This document shows positions 49,716-62,639 of a DNA stretch of 64,000 bases, piece after piece. Source of the stretch: Podarcis gaigeae. Its lineage: Eukaryota. The position numbers and the translations under genes are program-made. How positions within the stretch are numbered: position 1 is the first letter of the stretch; each line of letters begins with the position of its first letter. The stretch is from NCBI GenBank assembly GCA_964106915.2, contig OZ066919.1. The stretch is one strand, 5' to 3'. A model generated the notes under the pieces. The model did no database searches. It was not told where the DNA came from and worked only from the letters and a program-made list of their open reading frames with translations.

Positions 49716-52039
49716 GCTTCATTCACCTAGTCCAGATGCCAAATTAACAGGGAGTTGTGCAATGCCCAGCCAGCCTTTCAAAATCATCCGGGAGGCACTG
49801 ATCTGTCAAGGACTGAAGACAGACGATCCAACCAACAGGATGGGGTTAATTAAATTGCAACCACTATCTGCCTCTGCTTTGCCCCACCCATGCTGTACAT
49901 ACTGCATGGCAGAGCGGATAGAGCCTTTTAGCCAAAAAAATCTTTAGCCCCTGAGGAAAGGGTGTGTTTGTTTCTCTTCTGAACTAACAACTCAACAGCT
50001 TCATTTCAGGAGCAGCCTGGGTTTTGTTGAGCTACCATGGTTAATGGAATGGCTGTACCCTTTGCAAATAAAGAGATGCTTAGTGTTGGGATGGCTTGAT
50101 GAAGATGATGCTTCTCTGTTAATTAACTGCTGGGCCTGTTGAATTAATGGGATTCCTTGTAGTCTCAGCTGATGTCTTTAATTGCTTTATTTCCCCTCCC
50201 TTGCTCTGGTACTGCAAGGTTTTGTTTCTTCCATATTGTATTTGCTTTTCCCTCTGAGTTCCTCAGGCCGGAATTTCTTATGTTCTCTTACAGTGCTAAG
50301 TTGCCCTCTTTGTGAACAGTTAAAATAGCAAAGAGTTCACTTCCCCTTGTTTGCTAACTTTTTCAGGGGCCAAGGCCTTCTTTCTCTCCCAAAGGGCATG
50401 CCTGCTAGGGGAAGCCAATTTTAAGTATACATTGCAGAGCAGGGGTGGGGAAGTTCAGGCTCAGAGGGGGGCGGTGGCAGATATGCGGCCCTCCAGTCCT
50501 CTACATCTGGCCCTTCAGACTCTCTGCTGGTTACATTTCTGCATCAGCTATACCCTCTCTTTCCCCAGACCACTTTACTTTGTATCACCCTTGAGTGTTG
50601 TTGCCTGTCTGGAATGTGTCCCTAAAACAACAACAACAACAAAACAATTGTATGTAACTGTGATTATAAACATTGAGGATGGGTGAGTGGGAAGTCATTA
50701 GCATTCTAGAATAAGGATTATAACTGTTGAGTGATACAATGTAACTTTGAATCTTGAAATAAAAGAATCTTGAAAAAGAAAAAAAGAAAAAAGGAAAAGG
50801 AAACCTGAAGAAATCATAACCCCCTTTCATCCCCTCCATCCTGCAGACATACAGAGATTAAAGCAATAAGAAATGAAATCACTTGATTCTGGCAAGAACT
50901 TGTTGATCTGAAGGCATAGCTTCTTCTTTTTTTAAAAAATAATTTTTATTAAATTTTCCATTTTAACAATCCAATCAAATCACATTAAATATTCCAAATT
51001 ATACAAATACATATAATATAGTCCGAATATTCTGCCAAATTATAAATTTTTATTGTGACTTCCCATGCTTCAAGTTCGGTGGGGCTCTTATCATCTTATA
51101 TCTCTACTGCCTTGAATTTCTAGGCAGCACTAGCATCTCTCATATATGGGGTAAGGCGATCTTGCAGGTAAAATGGTCCCAAGTTGTATGTTTACATCTC
51201 GCAGGAACTATATTGTCACAACATAGGCCAGGGGCCTAATGGTTTTGGTTCCATCTCATTAGGCTCCCAGTTTCTGCAAAGCCTGAAGCTGATTGGCTGT
51301 GATCCCTTGAAAACCACCTTGGAGTCAAAGCTTGCTCCTCCCCTGCCGTGATTCAAAACTGAAGGGCAGCAGTGACATTGCAAAAGGGTAGACAACAGCT
51401 TTAAAAATACCATGCCAGCCTGTATGGGGAGTTAATGGGCGTAGGAAAGTCCTGGTAACCATTCTGAAATCTAAAACTTCTGTAATAGATTGCATTTGCT
51501 TCAGCAGGAGCTTCACCACTCTTATATATCTCCCCACATTCAATTTAAAGTGGCAATTCCCTTTTCTCAGCCCCTTTCTCACTTGGTAGCTGTGTAGATT
51601 AAATCTAAAATAGAAAAATGCTATGGTATAGATCTGTGGATGTTCAGGGATGGAGGACAACTTAATGAAGCAGCAATTGAAATACCATAAGTATCCAATA
51701 GCTTTAATTTATACAAATATTATCTTTTACAACTTTCATAACACGATGCAGTGGAATTTCAAGGGCGCAAGTATAGAGAGATTCTGCTTTCCAATATTAT
51801 TTCATCCAGTTTAATGTTGAGGTTTGAATCCAGACCAATTCAAACCTGAAAGGCTACAAAGAACTGTGCTCTAATTGTTGGAATGGGCTAGCACACGTGA
51901 AAATCACACTTGTTCTGTGCATCACTCAGAAGGAGATGGTCAAATTCTGGATTTTACCACTTCAGACTGTAGGTGAGGGGTATATTTTTGTTTTCCCACA
52001 TAGAAAGCTTTGATTCCAGAATAAGTGAAGGAGTCTAGG

Positions 52040-52180
52040 TTAATCTTCCCCAACTTGGTGGCCTCCAGATGTTTTGGAATACAATTTTCATCTTCCATGA
52101 TCATTGGCCATGTTGGCTGGGGCTTATGGAAGTTGTAGTCTGTATGGGAAATCCAACCGGAAGACCAACTGTATATCAAG
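52040..52180. mobile_element. Degraded palindromic hAT MITE (family of 5819-5954)
   Basis: ctccagatgttttggaatacaa...ggaagttgtagtc. Confidence 0.55.
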
Positions 52181-53049
52181 GAGGTAGTGATTCTAACAAG
52201 GGTACCCTTCCTGCCTCTGTTCCTTCCCCCTCCCTGGCAGCTGTTAAGTTTTTGAAGGTGTGAGAACCTTCTCTGATGTCCTAATCAGTTGTGAGGAGGT
52301 GAAGCCCCCAACATAGCTGCCTTAATCAGTCTAGGAAGTTAGTGCTGGGAACCCTCTTTAATGCTGGAAATTGTTATTGGAAAGGGAGGCAGGTGGGAGG
52401 AGGTAGCTACCTATAATATCAGATCATTTGTGATTTAGAAGCTTGCGCATGGACTGGTCGGCCACAGGGCTGTACAATCTACACTAAGGCTACCTGGGGG
52501 AGTCACTTCACCACTTCTTGAGAGCTTCCAAGTGGCAAATAGGAGTGCATGTCTGGTATGTATATATTGCTTGTTGTTTAGGAGTAAAATCTTCTCACTC
52601 ACTTGTGTTTTGTATTGCTTCTGAATCATTTTAAAAAGAACCACCTTGCATTTGGCAAGACATGGTCCAACAACATCTGGAGGTTGCCAGGTTGGGGAAG
52701 ACTTGGCTATACTTATTTCTCATTTGCTAAATGGAACTTCCAAGATAGTATATATCTGAGTAGCATGCATACATCTCACCACAGTAGAGAAGAAAGAGAG
52801 GTAGGACCACAAAGCACCATATTTCAGGCAAACTTTGTCCAACATTTGTCACCCCAATATTTTGCTGCCTGAGATGGGAAGCCCTACTTCCATCCTATGA
52901 GTGGGTTGGTTTGGTGCATAATAAGCACTATTTTTGTCTCCTATAGTATTTGGGTAAAGGAAGGCTCACATACAGTGTCTGCACAGCTTGTGGTCCATCA
53001 AGCCAAATGCAGCCTATCAGCAATGGATGGAGGTTCACAATGGACTTAG

Positions 53050-53415
53050 TAAGAGAAAATGGAAGTCCCTCTAAGGTCTTCTAGACCCATCACCTGCCAG
53101 TTTGGAAAATCCAGTGCTGCAGGTCTCCAATTGGTCATCTAACTTCTGCTTCAAAACCCCCTAATGAAGTCCACCAACTTCCAAGGTACACTCTTCTTGT
53201 GGTGAATAACTCATAGCACCAGAAAGTTAATTTCAAGCCCCTTTGTTGGAATTTGATGTTATTCATTCAAGTCCTCCCCTCTGTAGAAACAGAGAACAAA
53301 TGAGTTTCACATCATCTGCGACAGCCCATCAAACATTTAAAGATGGATATTATGTTACCTCTTAATTGCCTCTTCTCTAGGCTAAACATACCCAACTCCT
53401 TCAACATTTCCTTAT
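53050..53415 (-). mobile_element. Old CR1 fragment
   Basis: ctcttctctaggctaaacatacccaactccttcaac motif, as in 63570-63620. Confidence 0.6.
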
Positions 53416-53590
53416 CAGACTTGGTAAACCTTCCATTGTATCTGCCTGTCTAGGCATGGAAAAACAAGGAGGAGCCTATCAAGCTTCTGGTAGGCTTTCA
53501 TACACGGCTGCTGGCTAAAGTTCCATTCACGATTAGAGTAGGCCTGGTTATGGAAATACATATTTTTGGCATGAGCTAAAGTGCCTTCAA

Positions 53591-53757
53591 GGGAGTGCAG
53601 TTCAGTGGTAGAGCACCTGCTTTGCATGCAGTGTTTTCCAGGTTCAATCCCAGGCATCTCAAGTTGGGTCTTGAAAACCCTGGAGAGTTACTGCTGGTCA
53701 GTGTAGGCAGTGTTGAACTACCTACAGTCTGACTCAGTAGAAGGCAGCTTCTTATGT
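53591..53757 (+). mobile_element. tRNA-Ala-like SINE (Squam2-like)
   Basis: A box agttcagtggtagagc, B box ggttcaatccc, tail ggcagcttcttatgt. Confidence 0.75.
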
Positions 53758-54827
53758 GCCTGAATCACAGCATGGCCTTGATCCCACCCCCAGGAGTGTT
53801 TTAGTCTCCCAAGAGAGGTGTGGGTTCAAATCACACGCCTGGCAGTCTTTTAAAAACCTTCACCTATCAAGAGGTGGCTATCAGTGACAGCTGAATGAAA
53901 CCTCCATGCTAGAGGCAGCATTCCTCTGATTTTGTGCACGTGGGCAAAAAACAGCCAATGGTTTTTGTTTGCATTCCCAGATGCAGGCTTCTCAGTTGGC
54001 TACCAGGGAAAACAGGATGCTGAGCTAGACAGAGCCTTGGGCTCTTCTTATGTTCTTATATTAGACCAGCAGAAAGCATTTGAAGATAGCTGTGTTGTGC
54101 TTCGTAGCTGCTGCCTGGAGAAATAGTCATACTATAAGAGACTCACTATAAGAAAGAATGTGGATTCTGTTGAACTCTCTGTACTTTGGCTCAGTTCCGT
54201 TGACGTTACTCGGAGCATTACAGAGGTGGGATTTAGGAAATTGTAGCATTTATATTATGTTTTGTCCAAGAGTCCAGAATTTCTTCTTCAGATTTTTATT
54301 TTGCAAAGCACATTAGACTTTCTGGGGAAAATGAGATGCCAGAAGGCTTCCTTGTTCTGAATAAAAGCATGGTCTGTTAGTTAGAAAAGGAGATGGCTTT
54401 TCTTTATACTTCATCCATTTTCATGATTTGTTATAGGCCTGGAATCACTTGTTTCTTCATAGACTGCCAAACATTTGGTCTGATTTTAACCCTCACCTTC
54501 CATATACACAGACTATAAAAATCTCACTCTGCCATCGCCGTTCTCTGTCAAATTCTACTCAGCTGTTAGCTTCCCTCAAACAATTAGAGTTGTGTGACAG
54601 AAAGTGGGGATTAGGGATGTAAGAAAGTATTGGGTTTTTTGTTTTGTTTCACCCTGTATTCATTTCATGCAGCGCTGCTTACATTCCACTGCAGTCCACC
54701 TTCCCCACAAAATACATTATTCATCCCACTGTCTGCTGTGTAATTTATGTTATTAATTATGTAAATTATATTGTCATAACCCCAACCCTTTGTAATTATA
54801 GACCACACACCCTTTTCCTCTTGGCAT

Positions 54828-55470
54828 GTTTTATTGTTGGCATCCATCTGTTTTGAGAGACAATGGAATGTACTTCCAGGGGTGAAGTCAAACTACTGTG
54901 TTAGCAGCACTGTGTTAGCAGCACTCCTGAGCTGCCCAGACATCAAGACCCACCTCTCGGCCTCACTGATGTGGTCCAAAGGAAAGCAGAGCAATGTGTT
55001 TGGTACCAGCTTGGCCATGGAAATTGCTGCAAGGAAGTGTACAAGATGCCATTCGACTGGATTTGTGTAGAGTTTACTCCTTAGTCATTTTTTTCTCCCG
55101 AAGATATCCCACAAGGCAGGAGAGGTTTAGGATCAGAGTTTTACTTCTCCTAGATGGACTACCTTCTCAGGTTAATGAGGTCCATCTGTTCCTCACTCTC
55201 CTCTACAGCACATGTGGAAACCACCTTCTTGACCATTGGACCCACTATTGGTCTTGTCCATTCTATCCACTGGAGCCTGTCCTTGCATTCAGACAATGTG
55301 CCTAACTCACCGAGCATTTGAGACCCATCACCTGGTTTAGCCAGCCAGTCAAAGCCATTCCTGGGGGTGTGGCCACTGTCACATGTTGACAGCTTCTAGG
55401 AGCCACAGGTGAGAGCTCAGTGCAGGGTGGGAACCAAAGATAAACAAACTACCCCAGAAAGAGCATGATG
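54828..55470 (-). mobile_element. RTE-derived non-autonomous element (5' UTR-like part joined to an RTE 3' end)
   Basis: On -: ...gtccatctaggagaagtaaaactctgatcctaaacc... (RTE 5' UTR-like) ending ccattgtctctcaaaacagatggatgccaacaa (RTE 3' terminus-like); no RT ORF between. Confidence 0.55.
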
Positions 55471-55472
55471 TG

Positions 55473-55718
55473 TCAGTGTGGTGTAGTGGTTAAGATCGGT
55501 AGTCTCGTAATCTGGTGAACCGGGTTTGTGTCTTCGCTTCCTCCACACGCAGCTGTTGGGTGACCTTGGGCTAGTCACACTTCTCTGAAGTCTCTCAGCC
55601 CCACTCACCTCACAGAGTGTTTGTTGTGGGGGAGGAAGGGAAAGGAGAATGTTAGCTGCTTTGAGACTCCTTTGGGTAGTGATGAAACGGGATATCAAAT
55701 CCAAACTCCTCTTCTTTT
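55473..55718 (+). mobile_element. Squam3-like SINE
   Basis: Near-identical to 10351-10596. Confidence 0.85.
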
Positions 55719-55798
55719 TCTCTCACCAGAGATACTACCTTCCCCTAATACCCCCCCCCCCATGTTTTATTATTGTTTCAGTAAATTGCATAGCTGTA

Positions 55799-56143
55799 TG
55801 GGTGGCTCTGTGGGTTAAACCACAGAGCCTAGGACTTGCCGATCAGAAGGTCAGCGGTTCGAATCCCCGCGACGGGGTGAGCTCTCATTGCTTGGTCCCT
55901 GCTCCTGCCAACCTAGCAGTTAGAAAGCACATCAAAGTGCAAGTAGATAAATAGGTACCTCTCCAGCGGGAAGGTAAAGGGCGTTTCCGTGTGCTGCTCT
56001 GGTTTGCCAGAAGCGGCTTAGTCATGCTGGCCACATGACCCGGAAGCTGTACGCCGGCTCCCTCAGCCAATAAAGCGAGATGAGCGCCACAACCCCAGAG
56101 TCAGTCATGACTGGACTTAATGGTCAGGGGTCCCTTTACCTTA
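55799..56143 (+). mobile_element. Sauria SINE
   Basis: gggtggctctgtgggttaaacc...ggttcgaatcccc...ggtcaggggtccctttacctt. Confidence 0.9.
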
Positions 56144-58485
56144 TCCTATACTTTGTTGGTAATTGTGACAACTTACCTTTTTTAAAAGTGTTTTTTCTTT
56201 CATTTCTTTTTTCTGTAACTTGTTTGTTGTTATTTAAATTTAATAAAAACTATTTGTTCCTCATTTATGGAAGGCCCTCCCTGGTGAGGTGCACCTGTCT
56301 CATAATTCACCTTCTAGAGGAATTTTTAAAAATTCCTGTTTACCCATGTATTTGATGGCTGAAGATCCAACCGTTTTAGATCCATTGGATGAAGAGCCAA
56401 TGTTTTATTTTCAATGTGTTTATTTTCAGTGTGTTTGCTCCTATGATCTCCTTCAGGAGAAAGGGTGAGACTACTACTAATGAAATAAATACTCCCTGAA
56501 GTTAGCTGTCTACCCAGCTATTTGCCATTGAAAGCTTCACAACCCTCCCCACATCCATCTTCTGCAGGTGTCAAGATATCTTTTCTTAAAACATATAGAT
56601 GAGAAAAACCATCACTTCTCAACAAGAAAAACTGAGTATTGCACTAAAACAATTGACAGCCCGGGAGTTGCCAAACCATTTCAATCCTATAAAATGCATG
56701 GCTTTTCCAATAATAAGCTCACCATGCAAAGGGTTCCTCTTCATGACAATGACAATCTCCTAATTTCTGTTAAACAGCCACCTGAATTCCTTTCGACTCC
56801 AGGCTTGCCGTCCTTCAAACTATTGCTAATCCAGTCACTTATTTCATGAATAAACGAGTTATGAATATGCATATGAGCCAGAGTAGAGCAGAGGCTGTGC
56901 TGTCACCTTACATCCAGAAGGTCATGGACATAAATCTTCCCTGATGCTAATATTCCATCTACCTCGGCTACATATTGAGCTCCTTTCCAGCTTCCAAGCG
57001 CAGTGAGAAAGCGAGAGATCATAATTGGGTAGAAGCTTTCACGTCCTCATTCCCAGGTGGTTCTTTTTGAATGAAGTATGGAAGAAAGGGAGAGGCTAAA
57101 GTTAAAGAATGGGGTTAGAAAGAAATTAATATGCCAGACAATCACTGGTAGCTCATCAGTCACTTATGTGGATGGAAATGTGATGTCTTTTCCAGGAGGC
57201 TGACAAACTGGAGGCCTGATGAGGGGAGTTTTGCTGCTTCATATATGATCAGTTTGACTTGTCTTGCAATAAGACACCTCCTGCTCCCTCTCCCTGCTCA
57301 ACCTCACTTCTGTACTCTGCACCCAGAGAATACATGCAACAAACTGGCAATTAACTGAGATTATTGGATTGGGTTTACCAGCTATTTGTCTTCCCCTTAA
57401 ATGGCTGGCTAAGTACGGCAGGATATCCACTTGGAAAGGTCAGTGAGGCTTGAGTTACAACCCAGCTTGTCCCAATGGTGCTTTTCTCATTCACTCCTCA
57501 GTTTCCACTCTCTTCCTCTCTTCTCTCTTGGCAAATTTAAATCAATGGGATCTCCCCCTTCTCTGCCTCTCCTGGACCTAGGCTGGAACATGCTGGAACA
57601 TAGATCTCTTCATTTGTTTACTCTTCAGCTTCTTCTCTGGAACAATCCCAGACCTAATTTATCAACTCGGAGATTAAAATCTGGGTATCTATCTATGTGT
57701 CTATCTTTGTCATGTTAACTAAATCAGGAAGAACTCTTAGAGCTTTACAGGCATCAAGCATTTCAGAAAGACAACTCTTCCCTATTTTGCTTTTAAAAAA
57801 GCCTTTCCATTTTTTTTAAGCCCAGGGAGTGTCAAGAACTACAGCTAACACTTAATTTCCCCCCAGACTGGAGTGTTTTGGAGAAGAATATCATCTGCAT
57901 TGAATATTTGATTATGTTCCTAATAAAAGCACACATTTGCTTTAAGCATCTGAACAGATGTTTCCATTGAGCTTCAGAAGCAGATCTTGCCTGAATATTA
58001 ACTTTAGTGTGAGCGAGGAGAGGAAATGCAGTATCCTTCTACCAAAGTTCATCTTTCAGTGCAATAGGATTTGTCATAGGAAGGAGCTGAGGCATCTGGT
58101 TGGAAAACAGGATGTTGGAATAGATAGGCCTTGAGTCTGCTCCAGCAGGGCTCCTTATATTTTAATTCATTTTCATTTTAAATTTGTATACCATCTATAT
58201 CATTTTACAACCCACAGAAATGTCAAATGGTACAACAAGAGCAGAAACATCTGTACAGATGCTTGTACCTGGCATTAAAAAAAACTGTACAGATACTTGT
58301 ATCAGGCAAACTTGTACCTGGCATAAAAAAACCCATTGCAGTTTTGAAACCAGTGCCATCTTGGTTCAAAATGGCATCCAGATTTCTCCAGACATAACTG
58401 AAAATATGATTCAAACCATTTCCCTCTACGTTTCCAACATCTACCTTGACTACCTTTCAGAATTTGATCTCAGCTCCACCTTCTA

Positions 58486-58845
58486 TAGGGATGCAGGTGG
58501 CACTGTAGGTTAAACAACAGAGCCTAGGACTTGCCAATCAGATGGTTGGTGGTTCGAATCCCCGCAGCGGGGTGAGCTCCCGTTGCTTGGTCCCTGCTCC
58601 TGCCAACCTAGCAGTTCGAAAGCATGTCAAAGTACAACTAGATAAATAGGTACCACTCCAGCGGGAAGGTAAACGGTGTTTCCGTGCGCTGCTCTGGTTC
58701 GCCAGAAGCGGCTTAGTCATGCTGGCCACATGACCCGGAAGCTGTACACCGGCTCCCTCGGCCAATAAAGCGAGATGAGCGCCGCAACCCCAGAGTCGGC
58801 CAAGACAGGACCTAATGGTCAGCGGTCCCTTTACCTTTACCTTTA
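58486..58845 (+). mobile_element. Full-length Sauria SINE
   Basis: Head gggatgcaggtggc, (ACCTTT)n tail, 10-bp TSD ccaccttcta at 58476-58485 and 58846-58855. Confidence 0.92.
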
Positions 58846-59769
58846 CCACCTTCTAGTTTCACCTCACTCTTTTGAGAGACAATTCAGCCAAAACATCTCT
58901 CTGAAAAACACCTAACCCTGCAAAGATCCAGACCCATCATCTCCTGGGAGGCAAAGATGCCATATGGTGGTGTGGTGAGGACCCTTTTCACCAGGGCAGC
59001 CAGTAGCAGCCAGTGGGACAGCATGGGTAGAACTGTGTTGCTGTCTCGGAAATTGCCACATCATGTGTCTCTATCAAGAGGAGGGCAAGGTAGTGTGGAG
59101 TTCAGCAGGTGCAGTGGCACAGCCAACCCAACACTCCTGCCACAGTGCCCACACTATGCCAAACTACCACTGCCTTGCACCTCCCAGTAAGAGGCAGCAA
59201 CATACAGCATTCAGAAGCCAGGAGAACAATGCAGCTTCACTTGTGTTGCCCACCCACAATGGTGGCCAGAGGCCGAGGCAAAGGTAAGCAGAGAAACAAA
59301 TGTGCATTTTATTTTTGTACAGGCGGCTAATTTCTACATGCACTCACCCGCCCTACTATCATGCATCCAGGCAACCCAGAAGCATTATCAGAGTTCAAGG
59401 CCGCATTCCAGCCAGTCCAAAACACTCAGGGGGGGGGGTATGAAGACGGGCTGCTGAGCCGTGTGGCCTGGGTGTATGACAGAGGAGGAGGGAAGTGGCT
59501 GGGGACAGTCCCAAGGGCCAGGCAGAGAAGCCTGCGGGACATATTTGGCCCCTAGCCCTGTGTTTCCTCACCCCTGCCAGAAAGAGTGGACACAATAGTT
59601 TTTCATTTACAATTCCAGCACTGAATTGAGATAAAGGTTTGACTGCTGAATATGCCTTTTGACTTAAGCACATACCTTGCTTGGGAGTGAGGATGGAGGA
59701 GAAATGGTGACCTTCACTAATTCACATTTCCTTAAAAAAAAAATTATTTGCATTTCTGATAGATTTCAA

Positions 59770-60620
59770 TTCAAGCAAAAACCAAAACAACCCCCCCCAA
59801 ACGGTGGTGGAAAATGAAAATTACAATGAAAGAAAAAAGAATACAGTCATTGACGGACTTCCCTTCTTCTCCTTCCTCTCCTTCCATGGTTCCTTTTATC
59901 TTCCACTTCCTCTCGCATTTTCTTAGTTTCCCCAATCTTTTTCTCCTCCTCCTGTGAACTCTGGTTCTAACTTAAGCTGCTGAAAATATTATCATCCTGC
60001 TAGGCTAATTGTCTGTTTATAATAATTTTTCAGATAATCAATAAATATTATCCAGTCTTCCTTATATTTTTAATCCCATTTGTTTCTTATTCTAGTGGTC
60101 ACACCTGCTAACTCTCCATATTCTAACAATTTGAGATGCCACTCTTCTTTTATCGGTTCATTATAAGCTTTCCATTTTTGTGCTAATAGTACACGTGTGG
60201 CAGTTGTCGCATAAAGGAACAAATTTATCTGGTTTTTTTTTTTTGTAACTTCTGTTGTGATTTTTCCTAACAGAAAGGATTCTGGGTTTTTGGGAAAGGT
60301 TTTTTTGAACATATTTAAAAGTTCATTATAAATCATTTCCCAGTAGTTCTTAATTATACTGCAAGACCACCACACGTGGTAGAATGTTCCTTCTGCCTCC
60401 TTACATTTCTAACAGTTACCCCTTATTGATTTTGACATCTTTGCTAATCTGTTTGGCATTAAATACCACCTATGCACCATCCTCACAAACTTTTCCTTCA
60501 GTGTTTAGCATGCAGTAAACATTAGAGTAATTTTCCACAATTGCACCCATAAAGCAAAGTCAATATTGTGTCCCACATCTCTAGCCCAACTTTTCATTGA
60601 TGATTTCACCATTTCCTGAA
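59770..60620 (-). mobile_element. L1/Tx1-type LINE 3' fragment
   Basis: ORF 60070-60375 WWSCSIIKNYWEMIYNEL...LFLYATTATRVLLAQKWK, homologous to 5963-6630. Confidence 0.75.
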
Positions 60621-60837
60621 ACAATATGCAACAAGCTGCAGCTACCCTTCAAAATTCTCATGTCTTTGAATTTTGCGATGCATTCGCCAACAAAGAACTG
60701 TGTACAAAAATGTGCCTGTTAGGAAACAGTGTGCATATTAGATGCATATATTCATGAAAGTATCATACAGAAGTGTGATGCATTATGGGTTTGCAAAAAT
60801 GTGTATACGAAGAAATGTATAAAGCACACTAAAATGC

Positions 60838-61007
60838 NNNNNNNNNNNNNNNNNNNNNNNNNNNNNNNNNNNNNNNNNNNNNNNNNNNNNNNNNNNNNNN
60901 NNNNNNNNNNNNNNNNNNNNNNNNNNNNNNNNNNNNNNNNNNNNNNNNNNNNNNNNNNNNNNNNNNNNNNNNNNNNNNNNNNNNNNNNNNNNNNNNNNNN
61001 NNNNNNN
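60838..61007. other. Assembly gap
   Basis: N run. Confidence 1.
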
Positions 61008-61022
61008 TCAAAGTGATATGGA

Positions 61023-61258
61023 AATCACAGAATCATGGAACTGTAGAGTTGGAAGGGACACCAAGGGCTGAATCCCTTGCAATACGGGAATCACAGCTGA
61101 AGAATATTTGACAGATGGCAATCCAACTTCCAAAGAAGGAGGCAGTCCATTCCACAGCTCTTAGTGTCAGAGGGTTTTTTCCCTAAAGTTTAGTCGGAAT
61201 CTCATTTCTTGTCATCTGACTCCATTGGTTTGGGTCCTACCCTCTGGAGAAGCAGAAA
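61023..61258 (-). mobile_element. CR1 3' fragment
   Basis: aatcacagaatcatggaactgtagagttggaaggg...gacagatggcaatccaac; similar to 48299-48630. Confidence 0.7.
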
Positions 61259-62079
61259 TTTGGTATGTGCAACCTCAAACTGAAATGAACAGAATTGTCC
61301 ATCCCTACAGGAGCTGTGTGGGTACCAAAGGAGGCTATCCTGCCTGTCCCTTGAATAGCAGGACTCAGGTGTGCAGCAGGTAGGATGGAGGGCTACTCTG
61401 ATACTAAGCAACATTGAGTGAGTGAGGCACATTTTCAGAATCTGTGGCACAACTTGTCCCACAGTCCAATAAAATATTTTCAATTCAGGACCAATCTTGG
61501 GTATGCAATTTGAAATTGTGCTCGGAAAAAGCTGGCAAACTGGGCTTGCAATGCAGGAAATAAGCACAGGCAAGTTAAGTTAGCCCCCTTTCCCCCCACC
61601 CCATCACTGACTTATGAAGCCTGTGTCAAATATTTCCTCATACTCATTTCAGAGGAAAAAAATGGTATCCCAATCCACTTTTGGCTTATATTACATATTA
61701 TAGCTGACACATCAGAGTAATTCACAGCCAATGCTACTGTCGTTTTTCAAGAGTGTGAATAGCAAAGTCTCAGATCTGAAAGCTACTGGCTATATTGCAG
61801 AATTAGCTGCTAGATTGTCTTGGATCTGCCAAGCCATTATGGTAACTGCTTGGTTCCTTTGAAAAGGCTGCTCGACAATGTGTTTAGGACCAACAGTTGA
61901 ACTGACTTGAGATGACATACTAACAAGCAAAGGAGGCCCCTTCATTTTAAATGAATACATAGCTTCTGCTTGCTTGCTTCTTTCAAGTCTACTTAACAGT
62001 AAGAAATAGAATTTAAACCACACATGTGGTTGATTAATGTCTCTGCAATGCAACCACCTGGCCAGCAAAGCAGGCACAG

Positions 62080-62522
62080 CCCACATTCACACCATGCACT
62101 TAAAGCACTACAGTAGCACTTTAAACAGCCATGGTTTCTCCCAAAGAATTATGGGAGCTGTAGTTTGTTAAAGTCATAGAGCAGGCATAGGCAAACTCGG
62201 CCCTTCAGATGTTTTGAGACTACAATTCCCATCATCCCTGACCACTGGTCCTGTTAGCTAGGGATGATGGGAGTTGTAGTCCCAAAACATCTGGAGGGCT
62301 GAGTTTGCCTATGCCTGGCATAGAGAGTGCTTAGGAAGCTTCTTATTCCCCTCATAGAGCTACAATTCTCAGAAGAGGGATTGGTTGTTAAACCACTTTG
62401 TGAAACTGTAGCTCTCAGATGAGGGGAATTGGGGTCTCCTAGCACTCTTAACAAACTACATCTCCCAGAATTCTCTGGGGGAAGTCATGACTGCTTAAAG
62501 TGGTATCAGAGGGCTTTAAAAG
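62080..62522. mobile_element. Long palindromic MITE hosting a nested hAT MITE
   Basis: Inverted arms ccaaagaattatgggagctgtagtttgttaa / ttaacaaactacatctcccagaattctctgg. Confidence 0.65.
62182..62317. mobile_element. 136-bp palindromic hAT MITE, copy 2
   Basis: caggcatagg...cctatgcctg; TSD tcatagag / gcatagag. Confidence 0.9.
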
Positions 62523-62639
62523 TTCATAACACCAACTATGTTGGAGTTATGAATATGGGAGAAGTAGGCCAAGGCCAAGCTAGCTGGGATAATAGTAGAC
62601 TTTTGTGAAGAATTTGGTCTGCTAGCTATAAAGCAACTA

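Noticed and set aside
58240-58332. Repeated ctgtacagat / cttgtacctggcat motifs
   Set aside because: Small local duplication with no further structure
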